Below are positions 63,094 through 64,000 of a stretch of 64,000 nucleotides of DNA, piece by piece. The notes below the pieces were generated by a model. It ran no database searches. It was given only the letters and a program-made list of their open reading frames with translations, and was not told the origin of the DNA. The position numbers were made by a program, and so were the translations under genes. Numbering within the stretch: the stretch's first letter is position 1; each line of letters starts with the position of its first letter. Source of the DNA: Actinomycetes bacterium (lineage in GTDB: Bacteria; Actinomycetota; CALGFH01); NCBI GenBank assembly GCA_036003705.1, contig DASYSE010000121.1, forward strand, positions 530-64,529, written 5' to 3'.

Positions 63094-63963
63094 ATGCCCC
63101 AGGCAGGACTGCATGACGGAAGCACCATCGCCGTGGAGGTCCACGGCGACGGACCCACGGTGCTGCTGCCGGTCAACCCGCAGCCGGTCGAGGGACCGCA
63201 GGCCGAGGAGCTGCGAAGGTGGGGCGCTGACCCGGCCCTCGGCCGCTCCCTGATCGATGGCCTCAGCGACGCGTTCCGGGTGGTCGCCTTCGATTACGAA
63301 GGCCGGGTCCTGCAGCTGCCGAAACCCGACACCTTGACGCCGGCCAACGTCGCCGGCGACCTGCTGGCCGTGGCCGATGCCGCCGGCGCCGATCGGTTCG
63401 CCTACTACGGCTACTCCTGGCTGGCGCTTGCCGGGCTGCAGCTTGCCATCCGGACCGACCGGCTTGCGGCGCTGGTCATGGGTGGGTTCCCACCAATCGA
63501 TGGGCCGTACGCGCAGATGCTGCGCGTCACCACGGCGACCCATGCGATGGCCAGCTCGGCCTCGGCGCCCAGCACCGCGACCACCTCGCAACCATCGGAT
63601 GAACCACCGGGCGAGCCGGACTGGTCGCGGGTGGAGGTGTCGTTGACGGAGGCGCAGACGCGCCAGTTCGTCACGCTCTACCAGGCGTTGCAGGGGTTCG
63701 ACGATCGCGCCGCCCAAGCGCAGATCAGCTGTCCCCGCCTGTGCTTTGTGGGCTCAGCGGACGAAATCACCTACGACCAGCGTTGGGGTGGGGTGCACGT
63801 GAGCCTCGCCAGCCCGGTGATCAGCCGACGCGCCGAACTGGAAGCGCTCGGCTGGCAGGTGCAGGTGCTGGAGGGGCTGGACCACACCCAGGCCATGCAG
63901 GCCGTCCATGTCTTGCCGATCCTGCGCCCCTGGCTGGTCGGCAGCCTGGGCACGGGCAGGTGA
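63094..63963 (+). CDS. alpha/beta-fold hydrolase-like protein
   Basis: ATG 63094, in frame within track ORF 62887..63963. Motifs VLLPVNP, ..YYGYSWLA.. elbow-like, ..FVGSADE... Confidence 0.65.
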   Translation: MPQAGLHDGSTIAVEVHGDGPTVLLPVNPQPVEGPQAEELRRWGADPALGRSLIDGLSDAFRVVAFDYEGRVLQLPKPDTLTPANVAGDLLAVADAAGADRFAYYGYSWLALAGLQLAIRTDRLAALVMGGFPPIDGPYAQMLRVTTATHAMASSASAPSTATTSQPSDEPPGEPDWSRVEVSLTEAQTRQFVTLYQALQGFDDRAAQAQISCPRLCFVGSADEITYDQRWGGVHVSLASPVISRRAELEALGWQVQVLEGLDHTQAMQAVHVLPILRPWLVGSLGTGR

Positions 63964-64000
63964 GCGTCGGCCTGGATGGCTGCCAGGTCAACGGGCCGCA

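Overview
Very GC-rich DNA with strong GC3 bias, in the style of an actinobacterial chromosome. It is almost fully coding, with many 1-4 nt stop/start overlaps and frequent GTG/TTG starts. I saw no rRNA, tRNA, CRISPR array or intact mobile element. Main blocks: (1) 3-4607: ECF sigma factor plus a membrane partner, a nucleotidyltransferase and an amidohydrolase. (2) 4668-9676, minus strand: XRE/cupin regulator plus an operon of M24-like protein, E1 alpha, E1 beta and HAD hydrolase. (3) 11207-21073: a complete catechol meta-cleavage set. A ten-gene minus-strand operon (hypothetical, IclR, hydratase, dmpF, dmpG, decarboxylase, 4-OT, Rieske ferredoxin, HAD, aldehyde dehydrogenase) faces two tandem catechol 2,3-dioxygenase paralogs. 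(4) 21374-26604, directly behind the dioxygenases: a histidine phosphatase, a split PEP-synthase-like pair with phenylphosphate-synthase architecture (its ATP-binding subunit is frame-broken twice), a phthalate-family Rieske oxygenase and an overlapping Cys-rich mini-protein. This is my best candidate for an undescribed aromatic-activation module. (5) 26761-31110: a sugar-type ABC transporter whose binding-protein gene is inactivated. (6) 31303-36263: a membrane protein, a cysteine-free fusion of receiver-like and thioredoxin-reductase-like domains, a NUDIX hydrolase, a cNMP-binding protein and an EAL relic. (7) 36264-41974: a strand-interleaved cluster with no spacers, holding a GTP cyclohydrolase II-RibD reductase fusion, an MDR dehydrogenase, a PTPS-like protein, two GT4 glycosyltransferases with overlapping divergent start codons, and a HAD phosphatase. 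This is my second candidate, a pterin/pyrimidine-glycoside-type biosynthetic cassette. (8) 43734-62559: a hydrolase-rich N-heterocycle/amide catabolic island with a NitT/TauT-type ABC importer. (9) 62870-63057: an IS256-family transposase relic at the island edge. Short tandem duplications sit on or beside gene junctions at several loci, and several genes are decayed. All functional calls come from reading motifs by eye; no database search was run.
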